From a bacterium (GTDB lineage: Bacteria; UBA8248): a stretch of 64,000 nucleotides of DNA. The notes beneath the pieces were generated by a model. That model made no database searches and was not told the origin of the DNA. It saw only the letters and a list, made by a program, of their open reading frames with translations. The stretch covers positions 3,098,019 through 3,162,018 of the forward strand of contig OZ245330.1 of NCBI GenBank assembly GCA_965225985.1. Reading direction: 5' to 3'. Below, piece by piece: positions 50,596-60,046 of this stretch (positions are counted from its first letter, which is position 1; every line of letters starts with the position of its first letter). A program made the translations under genes and the position numbers.

Positions 50596-51225
50596 GTGAC
50601 CCGCGACCCCGTCCGGCGGGAGTACTCCCGCCTCGCGGCCCGCTACGACAGGAGATGGTCCTCCTTCAACGAGGCGACGGTCGCGGCCACCCTCGGGCGA
50701 ATCTCGGTCTCGGGCCGGGAGCGGATCCTCGACGCGGGCTGCGGCACGGGAAACCTGATCCTCCGCCTGCGGGAGCGCTGGCCCGGGCTCGCGTGCTGGG
50801 GGGCCGACCTCAGCGGCGAGATGCTGCGGGTGGCGAAGGGAAAGCTCGCGGGTCGGGCGCCGCCGCTGATCCAGGCCGACGCGGAGCGCCTGCCCTTCCC
50901 CGGCGCCTCCTTCGACATCGTCACCTCGTGCAACGCCCTTCACTATTGCCCGCGGCCCGCGCGGGCGCTCGCCGAGTTCCGGCGCGTCCTCCGCCCGGGC
51001 GGGCGGCTCGTCCTCACCGACTGGTGCCACGACTACCTCAGCTGCAAGCTCTGCGACGCTTTTTTGACCCTCTCCAACCGGGCGCACAGGCGGGCCATGG
51101 GCACCCGCGCGTGCGCGGAGGCGCTGCAGGAAGCGGGGTTTTCCCTGGAAAACATCGATAGTTACAAGGTCAGCTGGCTCTGGGGCCTGATGACGGCGCG
51201 GGCCTCGAAGGCCGCTTCAAGCTGA
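50596..51225 (+). CDS. Class I SAM-dependent methyltransferase
   Basis: ILDAGCGTGNL, LIQADAERLPFPGASFDIVTS, LRPGGRLVL. Confidence 0.72.
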   Translation: MTRDPVRREYSRLAARYDRRWSSFNEATVAATLGRISVSGRERILDAGCGTGNLILRLRERWPGLACWGADLSGEMLRVAKGKLAGRAPPLIQADAERLPFPGASFDIVTSCNALHYCPRPARALAEFRRVLRPGGRLVLTDWCHDYLSCKLCDAFLTLSNRAHRRAMGTRACAEALQEAGFSLENIDSYKVSWLWGLMTARASKAASS

Positions 51226-51315
51226 AAAAATAGCGCCCGCCCCCGGCACACGCTCCCGGGGGCGGGCGCCCCGCGTCATCATCAAAATGCCGGGACAGTC
51301 TCCGGCCCCGGGGGC

Positions 51316-51771
51316 CTAGTTCACGCTCTCCCCATGGAGCACGACGGGCCCGCCGCCAGAATTTCCGCCGCCGCCTGAGCCGCCGCCCCCCCCAGGGCTG
51401 TCGCCCGGATCGCCGCCACCCGGATCTTCAGAATCAATGCCGAGCAGCGCGTTCACCGCCCCGATCACGGCATCGGTGAGGGCCTCGCCGAAGGATGCCT
51501 CGGCCGCCGCCGCGGGATCCTCGCCGGAGAGGACCGCATCCTCATAAGTCGCGATCTGGCCCACCATGGAGTTGGGCGCGGCGTTGGCCCTTCCCGTCGC
51601 GGAAGCGTGGGCCGCGTTGAGGCCGCCCAGCGCGCTCGCCGTCGCGCCCTGGGCCGCGGCGGCCTTCGGGCCGAAGGGGTGGGAATCCCCCCCGGCGCCG
51701 AAGAGCGCCAGGGCGCCGATCAGCCCGAAGAGGGCGAAGCCGATTATGAAGGAGCGCAGGTGGCGCAGCAT
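51316..51771 (-). CDS. Hypothetical membrane-anchored protein with a Gly-rich C-terminus
   Basis: N-terminal TM segment (SFIIGFALFGLIGALALFGA). C-terminal GGGDPGDSPGGGGGSGGGGNSGGG. Confidence 0.4.
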   Translation of the reverse strand: MLRHLRSFIIGFALFGLIGALALFGAGGDSHPFGPKAAAAQGATASALGGLNAAHASATGRANAAPNSMVGQIATYEDAVLSGEDPAAAAEASFGEALTDAVIGAVNALLGIDSEDPGGGDPGDSPGGGGGSGGGGNSGGGPVVLHGESVN

Positions 51772-52042
51772 GATCTTTCCTCCCGATGGGGGTCCCGAAT
51801 CCCCCCGCCTTGTCCGATGTCTCCGTAAGTCAACCGCTTACTATCTTTCGGAATTATATTACATCCTCCCGCAGCACTCGTCCGCCGAAAACCGCCCGTT
51901 TGTGAACCCGTTCACGCACCGGGAGTGATGGGTTCACAACCGGCGGATTTCGGCCCCGCTTGACGGCCCCCCGCGGCCCCATTATGTTCGGGCCGTCCCG
52001 ATCATGCCTCTACATATACATACCTCTATATAAGGAGCGGCC

Positions 52043-53026
52043 GTGGCCGAGGTGCTGATCCTGAACCGGCGGGAGGTGGAAGAACTCCTCACCCTGGAGG
52101 TCATCCTCCCCGTCATCGAGCGCGCCTTCGTCGCCTTCGCCGAGGGCCGGACGGTGGCCTATCCCGTGGTGCGCGAGGAAGTCGCCGCCCACCGGGGGAT
52201 TTTCGGCATCAAGTCGGGCTACCTCACCGACGAGGAGGTGATCGGGCTCAAGGCGGGGGGCTTCTGGCTGGGGAACCCGGCGCGGGGGCTGACCGCCCAC
52301 CAGTCCACCACGGTGATGTTCGACCCGGCGACCGGCCTTCCGACCGCCCTCATGGACGGAAACCACATCACCACCATCCGCACCGCCGCGGTGGGCGCCC
52401 TGGCGGCGCGAGAGCTCTCGCGCGGGGACAGCCGGACCGCGGCCGTCCTCGGCTGCGGCACCCAGGGGACGGGCCAGGCCGGGGCGCTCTGCCACGTCCG
52501 CCCCATCGAGCGGCTGCGCGCCTTCGACGTCATCGAGGAGAGCCGGGAGCGTTTTGCAGGGATTTGCCGGGCGAAGGGCATCGAGGTCGAGACCTTCGAT
52601 TCGCCGGAGGAGGCGGTGCGCGGGGCGGACATCATCGTGACCGCGACGCCCGCCAAGGCGCCCGTCCTCCGGGCCGGCTGGGTGGGGCCGGGGACCCACG
52701 TGAGCGCCTTCGGGACCGACACCCGGGGGAAGAACGAGGTGGAGGCCGCCCTCTTCCCCCGGGCGCGCGTGGTGGTGGACGACATCGCCCAGGCCACAAC
52801 CATCGGGGACACCCAGCACCCGGTGGGCCAGGGCCTGATGTCGGAGGCGGACATCCACGCCGAGCTCGGCGAAATTCTGGCGGGAAAGAAAAAGGGAAGG
52901 GCGTCCGCCGAGGAGATCACCCTCTTCGACGGCACCGGGCTCGCCTTTCAGGATCTGATCGCGGGGCACCTCGCCATGGAGCTCGCCGCCGAGAGCGGCG
53001 CGGGCGTGCGGGTGGAGTTGAGCTGA
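52043..53026 (+). CDS. Ornithine cyclodeaminase / mu-crystallin family protein
   Basis: Rossmann 'VLGCGTQG', plus TIRTAAVGALAA and the overall OCD_Mu_crystall pattern. Confidence 0.82.
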   Translation: MAEVLILNRREVEELLTLEVILPVIERAFVAFAEGRTVAYPVVREEVAAHRGIFGIKSGYLTDEEVIGLKAGGFWLGNPARGLTAHQSTTVMFDPATGLPTALMDGNHITTIRTAAVGALAARELSRGDSRTAAVLGCGTQGTGQAGALCHVRPIERLRAFDVIEESRERFAGICRAKGIEVETFDSPEEAVRGADIIVTATPAKAPVLRAGWVGPGTHVSAFGTDTRGKNEVEAALFPRARVVVDDIAQATTIGDTQHPVGQGLMSEADIHAELGEILAGKKKGRASAEEITLFDGTGLAFQDLIAGHLAMELAAESGAGVRVELS

Positions 53027-53421
53027 GGGGGGGGGAATGAATCGGCTCGAATTGTTCGGAAATCATCTTAAGTCATGAAGAAAAGACATATCCGGCAAAT
53101 CTAGAGGGTTTCGTGAAAAGATCCAGATACCTCTCTACGCGCTGCAGGTTTCACCATCGAAGTTGTTCCAAGAATTAGGGCGAAGGCGCAAAATTCGGAA
53201 GACCCGCCACTTTACGTCGATTTTGCCTTCCGTGTGATGCTATTGCGAACAGTTTTAAATCCCTCTGCAACTGAGCCAGAAGAGTAAACTTTTGTACCGC
53301 GGATTTCAGTTTTCTTTAGAGTTATACTCGGCACTTTATCTGATTTGTTACGAATGACGATTTCGCTTTTCTTTGGCATCTTTCTCTTTCCCCACATATG
53401 GGGCGTAACTTCAATAAAATC

Positions 53422-54126
53422 TCATGTTTCCAGGGAACTTGAAATAACAGCCATCCAGGTAAACAACTCCTCGCTAGTAATAACTTCCGAAATAGAATCT
53501 GTAACCCAACTATCGATACTCAAAACGCCTAGAAATCTGTCGCTACTATCTACCAATCCAATGCAGAGAATGGAACGAATTTCTTGCATTGAATTACTTA
53601 TTCTGGAGGCATCTTTTTGAGCAAATTTCAACTCTTTTGTATAATAATTCTCAAATGCTTTCCTGGAATCGAAAGGGCCAAATTTACCCTCTGTGGGCCA
53701 TTGAAAGATTTCAAGCGGACGTTCCCACGCCAAACCGGAAATAAAATATCCTTTGCGGAACCGAGCCTGTGAAGACCAGTCAGATTCGTCACCTAGCTGC
53801 CATCGACAAGTTGGAACAATAAATTCTGAATTGTAATTTGGCTGCTGTAATATGGATAATCGATAGCCTGAAACACGCCCAAAGAAATGTAAATATGCAG
53901 CTCTAAGTACGACCTCTTCAACCCGTCGCCGGTCTCGCTTACGAGTTCCCAACAAACGAAAACCATGCGCCAATAAATAAATTACACTAAATGCGCCAAC
54001 CGTCCCTAATGAAGAAATTGCTGAGCCAATGCCGACGCCGACCGTCCCGATGTGTCCGCAGGATTCTTGAAATTTCCTGGAACGGAACCATCGCAGAAAT
54101 TTTCTTGAATGGAACCATCGCTGCAT
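53422..54126 (-). CDS. Hypothetical membrane protein in an AT-rich island
   Basis: 234-aa ORF. Direct repeat at the N-terminus (HSRKFLRWFRSRKFQES), then a TM segment. A 61-aa basic ORF (53212..53397) follows 24 nt downstream. Confidence 0.4.
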   Translation of the reverse strand: MQRWFHSRKFLRWFRSRKFQESCGHIGTVGVGIGSAISSLGTVGAFSVIYLLAHGFRLLGTRKRDRRRVEEVVLRAAYLHFFGRVSGYRLSILQQPNYNSEFIVPTCRWQLGDESDWSSQARFRKGYFISGLAWERPLEIFQWPTEGKFGPFDSRKAFENYYTKELKFAQKDASRISNSMQEIRSILCIGLVDSSDRFLGVLSIDSWVTDSISEVITSEELFTWMAVISSSLET

Positions 54127-54265
54127 AAATAAAATACCACCGTGTGAAGGGGGCGGTATAATTCATTTGGCAGCTCAAATTCCAACTCTATAAAACCGGA
54201 GACATTATTGCACGATATCTTTTGGTATCGCAAGAAACTTCTTTAATAATTTACTCATTCTTATT

Positions 54266-54871
54266 TTACCCCTCCCCCTCCTCCCGCACCACGATGGGCC
54301 TTCCACTTTCGTCGAGCTCGAGGACGCCCGCTCTGGCCTCTTCCTCCGCCGCCGCCCGGTCGGCCACCTCGCGCACGGCGTCCAGCAGGTCGGGGTGATC
54401 GGGCAGGTCCTCGGCCATTTTTGCGAGGATGGCCCGCTTCGCCGTCTCGAACCCTTTGGTGAACTGAAGGCGGAGCCTGTCCGCATCGTTCCGCGAGCGC
54501 TCGAGGGCGATCACCATGCGGGCGAGCTGATCGGGGGCGAGCTTGGCCATGGCCTCGGGGGTCACCTCCGCCACCGCCTCGGCCGCCTGGGCGAGGAGCA
54601 TTCCCCGGGCATAAGAGGCCGCCCCCGCGCCGGGATTCTTCTCGATGATCTTGTCCACGAGGATCTCCACCCGCTGCATCTTCTCGATGCCCTCCTGGAT
54701 CCGCCGGTTGTGGCGGCCCATCGAGAAGAGGTGGATGCGCTCCCCGGTCGCCTCCTCGAAGGCCTCGCAGGCCTCCTGGAGGGTGCCCCCTTCCAGCAGA
54801 ATGGGGTTCGCCTTTTCCTCCGCGCGGTGCCGCTGGACCTTGGTGGGGATAAGTTTCCTGTAGCGGCCCAT
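54266..54871 (-). CDS. Hypothetical protein, possibly phage-related (terminase-small-subunit / DUF3486-like; weak call)
   Basis: 201 aa. The ATG overlaps the upstream stop (ATGA). Helical and charged. Confidence 0.4.
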   Translation of the reverse strand: MGRYRKLIPTKVQRHRAEEKANPILLEGGTLQEACEAFEEATGERIHLFSMGRHNRRIQEGIEKMQRVEILVDKIIEKNPGAGAASYARGMLLAQAAEAVAEVTPEAMAKLAPDQLARMVIALERSRNDADRLRLQFTKGFETAKRAILAKMAEDLPDHPDLLDAVREVADRAAAEEEARAGVLELDESGRPIVVREEGEG

Positions 54872-54873
54872 CA

Positions 54874-55203
54874 CAGCTCTCCCACCAGGATGCCGGGCTC
54901 CTCGGGGAGCGCCCCTTCGAGGAGACCCCTTCCCCTGCGGGTGAGGTGGACCTCGTAGTCGGTGAGCAGGCGCCCGACCGCGCCCGGCACGATCTTCTTC
55001 AAAAAACCCCGCCCCGCCAGCTCGTCCACGAAGCGCTCGAGCGTCTCCCGCGGGAGGGGCGCGCCCCCTTCGTGGTGGCCCGCTTCGCGGAGCGCGCTCC
55101 AGAGCATGAGGCTCCCCACCCCGGTGCCCCGTTGGAAGGCCCCGCGGTAGTAAAGCGTTTTCAGGACATCGCCCCGCAGGACGCCCGCCGCCAAATCGTT
55201 CAC
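54874..55203 (-). CDS. Small winged-helix-like hypothetical protein
   Basis: 110 aa (MNDLAAGVLRGDVLKTLYY...FVDELAGRGFLKKI...). Coupled to the downstream gene. Confidence 0.4.
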
Positions 55204-55252
55204 TTTCCACGCCTCCTTTTTTTCGTCCCGCCGCGGCGGGGGGGGCTCCCCC

Positions 55253-55612
55253 CTATCCCTGCGGGGGGCCCTCCGCCTCCCCGCGAAGGGCGGCGATTCC
55301 CTCGTTCGCCCGGCGCAGCTCCGAGAAGACCTCCGCGAACGCCTTGCGGATACCCTCGAGCTCTCGGCTGATATCGTCCCGCCTTGCGTAGCGGAGGTGT
55401 ATCTCGTCGATCCGCGCCTCGGTCCGCTCGATGCGCGCGCGAAGCTCGCCCTCGATCGCGCCGGTCCGCTGGGTCAGGCCCCGATCGGTGCGATCGATCC
55501 GGCCGCGCAGCTCGGAGTAGACGAGCCGGGCCAGCACCCCGGCCGCCGTCATCACCAGGACGAGCGCGCCCGCCGCCGCCGTTCCGATCCATTCCACTCC
55601 CAGGCCCGCCAT
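55253..55612 (-). CDS. Membrane-anchored coiled-coil protein
   Basis: MAGLGVEWIGTAAAGALVLVMTAAGVLARL... followed by a heptad-like region. The boundary is accurate to about 1 nt. Confidence 0.45.
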   Translation of the reverse strand: MAGLGVEWIGTAAAGALVLVMTAAGVLARLVYSELRGRIDRTDRGLTQRTGAIEGELRARIERTEARIDEIHLRYARRDDISRELEGIRKAFAEVFSELRRANEGIAALRGEAEGPPQG

Positions 55613-55693
55613 CCCCGGCCTCCGTTTCGCGCGCCCGCCGGGGCCCTTCCGCCCCGGCCTCGCCACGCCCCGAATGTAGCCGAGCGGGCCCGA

Positions 55694-55716
55694 AAGCCAA
55701 CAACCGGAAATTCGCG
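55694..55716 (+). repeat. Dispersed-repeat core, diverged variant (AGCCAACAACCGGAAATTCGCGC)
   Basis: About 85 nt upstream of the minus-strand gene 55253..55612, in a divergent intergenic region. Confidence 0.6.
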
Positions 55717-55794
55717 CAGTTTCGCGGCGGAAATCCGCCCGGCGGCGTGGTAGACTCGGGTCCGCCGCTGCCCCTCGAATCGTGAGGCAAATCA

Positions 55795-56577
55795 ATGGTT
55801 TTCTTTCGATCTCACCGCCTCATTCCCGCCGCCGCGCTCCTCCTCGCGGGCGGCCTGGCCCTCGCCCCTCCCGCCCGGGCGACCACCTTGCGCCGCGTCG
55901 AGGTCACCTGCCCGGTGGACGGGGAGAGGTTCTTCGCGCGCACCGTCATGAGCACCAACTCGGTGGGAACGGACCGGGACCTCTTCCGGCGAACCAGCGG
56001 GCTGCACGCCGGGAAGGTGATCATCTGGACCTGTCCCGGAAACTATTACAGCGGCTACGCGAAGGATTTCCGAATCCGGCTCGGCGAGGACCTGAAGCGG
56101 CGCATCCGCGAGGAGCTTCGCCCCCTGATCAAGGGCGTCCCCGCCGCCGCCCTCCCCGCCTGGGCGCGCTACGAGCTGGCCGGGCGGATCTACGAGTGGC
56201 ACGGGCAGCCCCCCGAGGCCATCGCCTGGACCTACCTGCGGGCCACCCACTTCCTGAAAAATTTCCGGCGGAGTGGCGATCCGGGAGGCGGGCGGACTTC
56301 CTCCCTCGCCGGCCTGCGGGCGCGGGCGGCGGGCTGGTTCGCGAAGGCGTTCGAGGACAAAGAAACCAACGAGAAAAACCTCGTCCACATCGCCTACATC
56401 GCCGGGGAGCTCCTCCGCCGCGCGGGGAAGTTCGGCGAGGCGATCACCTGGCTCGACAGGGCGGCCTCCCTGTCAAAGGGCGCTTCCCCGGAGTTTCGCC
56501 TTTGGATCACGGAGCAGCGCTCCCTCGCCGCGGCGAAGAACGCGTGCAAGTGCGACGGCGGGCCGGAGGGCCGGTGA
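55795..56577 (+). CDS. Secreted hypothetical protein
   Basis: Signal peptide (LIPAAALLLAGGLALAPPARA). 260-aa ORF. Confidence 0.5.
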   Translation: MVFFRSHRLIPAAALLLAGGLALAPPARATTLRRVEVTCPVDGERFFARTVMSTNSVGTDRDLFRRTSGLHAGKVIIWTCPGNYYSGYAKDFRIRLGEDLKRRIREELRPLIKGVPAAALPAWARYELAGRIYEWHGQPPEAIAWTYLRATHFLKNFRRSGDPGGGRTSSLAGLRARAAGWFAKAFEDKETNEKNLVHIAYIAGELLRRAGKFGEAITWLDRAASLSKGASPEFRLWITEQRSLAAAKNACKCDGGPEGR

Positions 56578-56597
56578 CGCGCCGGGCGAGGCGAAGC

Positions 56598-57080
56598 ATG
56601 AGGCGCTTCTCCGGGCGCGGCGGGGCGGCCGCCCTCGCGGGGGCGCCGCTCTTCTTCTTTCTGCTTTCCGAAAATGCCCTTGCCCACGGGGAAGAAGCCG
56701 CCCTCTTCGCCTCCCTCGCGGTCGAGCCCGGCTTCCTGCGGGCGGCGGTCGCCCTCTTCGGGGGGGCGCTCACCCTCCTCGGCGCCGGGGTGTTCTACCA
56801 GGGCTGGGTCACGCGGAAGCGGACGGAGACGCCCCCCCCGGAAAGAAGGAGGGCGGCCCTCGAGCTCCTCGCGCCGGGGGCCGCCATCGCGGGACTGGGG
56901 CTGGCGATCGCGGCGGGCGGCCTTTTCTTCGTCCCCGAGATGGTGGACCTGCCCCACCCCCATCTTGCCGGGGAGGCCGGGGCCCCGGCCCCGCCCGAGG
57001 ACCTGATCTTGAAAAAATCGCCGGGCGAACGCGGGCGGGGCAATCCCCTCAAAGGGTCCGCTGGCGGCGCGCGCGAATGA
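56598..57080 (+). CDS. Hypothetical membrane protein
   Basis: MRRFSGRGGAAALAGAPLFFFLL.... Several hydrophobic segments. Confidence 0.45.
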   Translation: MRRFSGRGGAAALAGAPLFFFLLSENALAHGEEAALFASLAVEPGFLRAAVALFGGALTLLGAGVFYQGWVTRKRTETPPPERRRAALELLAPGAAIAGLGLAIAAGGLFFVPEMVDLPHPHLAGEAGAPAPPEDLILKKSPGERGRGNPLKGSAGGARE

Positions 57081-57705
57081 TCTCGAGACCCTGCCGGGCG
57101 GGGATGTAGTCCGGGTCGAACTCGAGCGCGCGCTCGAAGAGCCGCCCGGCCTCCTCCAGCCTCCCCTCGGCCAGATAGATCCGGCCCAGGTTGAAGTGCG
57201 GGAACTGGCGGCAGCAGTAGCGCTTCGCGCGCATGGCCTTGCGGAGCCAAGGCTCCGCCTCGCGGGCCCGGCCCAGCGCGATGAGGTAGACCCCGATGTC
57301 GTTGTAGGGGTTCCCGAAGTCCGGGTCGAGGGGGATGGCCTTCTCGCACTGGGCGATGGCCTCCTCGTAGCGGCCCAGCATGCTGAGGGACCAGCCGAGG
57401 AAGGTGTGGGCCTCGGCGGTGGGGTGGATCGCGATGGACCGGCGGAAGAGGGCGATGGCGTCATCGTACTCGCCGAAGGCGTGGAGGAGGGAGCCCTTCC
57501 GGCGGAAGAGGAAGGCCCGGACGATGGGTTTCAGGCCCTCGAGGTCGTCTCCGGCTTCCTTTTGCCTTTCTTCTTGTGCCTCCGGGCGGGGCGCGCCGGG
57601 CTTCTCCTCCGCGAAAGAAGACACGGCGCCGAAGGGGGAAGTCGGAGGGAGCGCAAGGAGGGCGGCGAAGAGAAAAAGTGGGGTCCGCGCCCAGCCGCGG
57701 TTCAT
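57049..57705 (-). CDS. Secreted TPR-repeat protein
   Basis: Signal peptide, then three to four TPR-like repeats (AHTFLGWSLSMLGRYEEAIAQCEKAIPLDPDF...). Confidence 0.6.
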   Translation of the reverse strand: MNRGWARTPLFLFAALLALPPTSPFGAVSSFAEEKPGAPRPEAQEERQKEAGDDLEGLKPIVRAFLFRRKGSLLHAFGEYDDAIALFRRSIAIHPTAEAHTFLGWSLSMLGRYEEAIAQCEKAIPLDPDFGNPYNDIGVYLIALGRAREAEPWLRKAMRAKRYCCRQFPHFNLGRIYLAEGRLEEAGRLFERALEFDPDYIPARQGLEIIRARRQRTL

Positions 57706-57779
57706 TTTTCCGCCCTCCCGGTACGATTCTACCACCCGGGGGGAGAAGGGGAAGAGGGGGAGAAACGGCGGCGCCCGCT

Positions 57780-57962
57780 AATTCCTCCCCCCGGCCGGCC
57801 GCTTCATCCCGGCGATCTGCTTTTCGAGCTTTTCGATGTGGGCGCGGAGGCGGCGGGTTTCCTCCCCGGCGTGCGCTTCGAGGGCGATGAGGTATTCGAG
57901 GATCTCGCGCCACTTCCCCGCCCGGAAGCAGACCCGCGGCGCGAATTCGCCCACGGCCAGCC
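57780..57962 (-). CDS. Small coiled-coil protein downstream of the holin (spanin-like position; weak call)
   Basis: (V)GEFAPRVCFRAGKWREILEYLIALEAHAGEETRRLRAHIEKLEKQIAGMKRPAGGRN*. Confidence 0.3.
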
Positions 57963-58003
57963 CGGCGAGGGTGTCCTCGGGCCGGCGGGGCGGGGATTTT
58001 CCC

Positions 58004-58211
58004 TCAGCGGATGCGCTTTTGCGCCCGGATGCGGCCGGCGATGGCGAGAAGGCCGCCCGCCCCGCCGCCCGCCGCCGCGAGCAGGGAGGCGATCTGGGCC
58101 TGCTCCGCCTCCGGGACGGCGTAGCCAAACAGGGCCGCCCCCCCCGGCGAGCAGGGCGACGATCCCGCCCCACACGCCCTTCGATGCATACCAGTTCTTG
58201 AAGTCCGTCAT
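58004..58211 (-). CDS. Holin-like small membrane protein; frameshift in a C8/G8 run (58138-58145)
   Basis: MTDFKNWYASKGVWGGIVALLAGG, then a shift to ...AALFGYAVPEAEQAQIASLLAAAGGGAGGLLAIAGRIRAQKRIR*. Two TM segments. Confidence 0.5.
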
Positions 58212-58246
58212 CTTGTTTCTCCTTCCGGTAAAGGGGCCGGCGCGGC

Positions 58247-58742
58247 TCACCACCGAACGCCCGGCCGCCAGTTCAGGGGGTCGGGATTCGGCTCGAGCAG
58301 AAAGCCCGCCCCGAGGTGAAGGTGTGTCTCGCCGTAGAGGCGCGTTCCGATCCGGAGGCCGGAGTCTGTCTCTTCGAGCCACCGTGCGAAGCGGCGGATC
58401 TCTTCTTGAAGCCTTTTTTTCACCCTCACTCCACCCGCCCTCCGGCCGGGCGCGGTACCGCCAGGGGCGAAGGTCCAGCGCGACGTTGTACTCGTGCTCG
58501 GAGCGCGCCGCCGCCCGGTAGCGCGGGCTGCGCCGCAGGCGGGCCTGGCACCCGGCGCAGCGGAAACCCGAGGTGATCGCGATGGGGGCGCCGCGGCGCG
58601 CGCGGAGGGCGTGAAAGGCTTCGAGCAGGCGGGGCTGGTGGCGGAACAGGCTGTCCCCGCAGCGGACCCCCGCCTCGCGCACCTCCCCGTGGGGGCAGGA
58701 GAGAACGTCGTACCGCGTGTCGATGTAGCGTCCGATCTTCAT
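58247..58742 (-). CDS. Peptidase M15-family endolysin (L-alanyl-D-glutamate peptidase-like); frameshift in an A7/T7 run (58414-58420)
   Basis: MKIGRYIDTRYDVLSCPHGE...ITSGFRCAGCQ...SEHEYNVALDL..., then a shift to ...KRLQEEIRRFARWLEETDSGLRIGTRLYGETHLHLG...*. Confidence 0.55.
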
Positions 58743-58847
58743 GCCGCGCGCCTCCCGGCGGAGGTTGATGCAGGGGCAGGCGCGCCGGCCCCCCCGGCGG
58801 GGACCGCGAGCGCAGCCCGCTCCGGGCAATGTAGAGGGCGCGGCCGG

Positions 58848-58870
58848 ACCCAACTACCGGAAATTCGGGC
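58848..58870 (+). repeat. Dispersed-repeat core copy (ACCCAACTACCGGAAATTCGGGC)
   Basis: About 100 nt upstream of the endolysin start, in a divergent intergenic region. Confidence 0.65.
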
Positions 58871-59035
58871 TTGTTCGGGGCGGGGAAAACGGGCGGAAAG
58901 GCCCGATGACGAAGGAAAAAGAAAGGGATGCGCCGTCTTTCGGAGAGAGAGGTTCGGTGGTAGAATATCTGCCCGTTGGACGAATTATTTTTTTCGGGGG
59001 GAGTACCGCCGCCGGTCCAAGGAGGTTCGCGTCAA

Positions 59036-59526
59036 TGAAAAAATCCTTCGTTCTCATCTTCACCGTAATCTTGGCGGGCGGGGTGGTCGGTTGCGGCGCC
59101 CGGTCCGGCACCGGGATCAGCAAGGAGACGGGGGGCGCCGTCCTCGGCGGCATCGCGGGCGGGGTCCTCGGCTCGCGAATCGGCGGGGGGCGGGGCCGGG
59201 TCATCGCCACCATCGGCGGGGCCATTCTCGGAGGCCTCCTCGGCGGGTCCATCGGGCGGCAGCTGGACGAGCGGGACAAGCTCCTGATGGCCAATCAGAC
59301 CCAGGTCGCCCTGGAAAAAACCCCTTCCGGCTCCGCGAGCGAATGGCGGAATCCCGACACCGGCCACAGCGGGACCATCACCCCCGAGCCGGCCTACCGG
59401 AGCGAGGGGGGAACGGTCTGCCGCGAGTTCCAGCAGACCGTCACCATCGGCGGAAAGACCCAGCAAGCCTACGGAAGGGCGTGCCGGCAGGCGGACGGCT
59501 CCTGGAAGATCACCAACACCAACTAG
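59036..59526 (+). CDS. Lipoprotein with a glycine-zipper region and a 17-kDa-surface-antigen-like C-terminal domain
   Basis: MKKSFVLIFTVILAGGVVGC lipobox, then GAVLGGIAGGVLGSRIGGG...GGAILGGLLGGSIG and a Cys-containing C-terminus. Confidence 0.55.
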
Positions 59527-59585
59527 GGAAAGTGGCGGGCCCGCCCGGGAAAGCGGGGCGGACCACCCCCGACAGGAGAAACCGG

Positions 59586-59900
59586 ATGAAAAAATCGATC
59601 GTCAGGTTCGCGCTGGCCGCTTCCTTGCTGGCTTTTCACACGGGGACGTTCGCCGCGGGCCTGGAGTTGGGAAGAGAGGACATGGGCGAATCCGATGCCA
59701 CCCTCATCGTGGTGGACCTTATCGCCGTCCGCCCCCTCTCCCACATCGCCCTGGCGGCGGGAGCGATACTCTCCCTTCCCGCGCTGTTGCTGCAGGACAT
59801 GGCCGGAAACGACACCGAACCGATCAAGAAATTTCTCGTCACCGACCCTTACAACTTCGCGGTAAAGCGCCCGCTCGGAGATTTCAGCCGGCAGGAATGA
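59586..59900 (+). CDS. Small secreted protein, paralog of 60047..60328
   Basis: MKKSIVRFALAASLLAFHTGTFA signal, then ...DLIAVRPLSHI...VTDPYNFAVKRPLGDFS. Confidence 0.45.
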   Translation: MKKSIVRFALAASLLAFHTGTFAAGLELGREDMGESDATLIVVDLIAVRPLSHIALAAGAILSLPALLLQDMAGNDTEPIKKFLVTDPYNFAVKRPLGDFSRQE

Positions 59901-60046
59901 GGGAGGATCGGGCCAACCCATCCGGGAGGAGAGCCTGCTGCGTTTTTGCCTCTTCATTCCTTGCGGAAATTGCGGCTTTTCTGCGATCGGCCGCGTGAAC
60001 GGGAAGCCGCCCCATGACGGGAAGCCGCCCCATAAGGAGAGCACTC

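Noticed and set aside
57780-57962. Confident call of a spanin for the small coiled-coil ORF
   Set aside because: It has no lipobox or TM segment, and the start codon is uncertain (GTG or CTG). I kept it only as a low-confidence feature.
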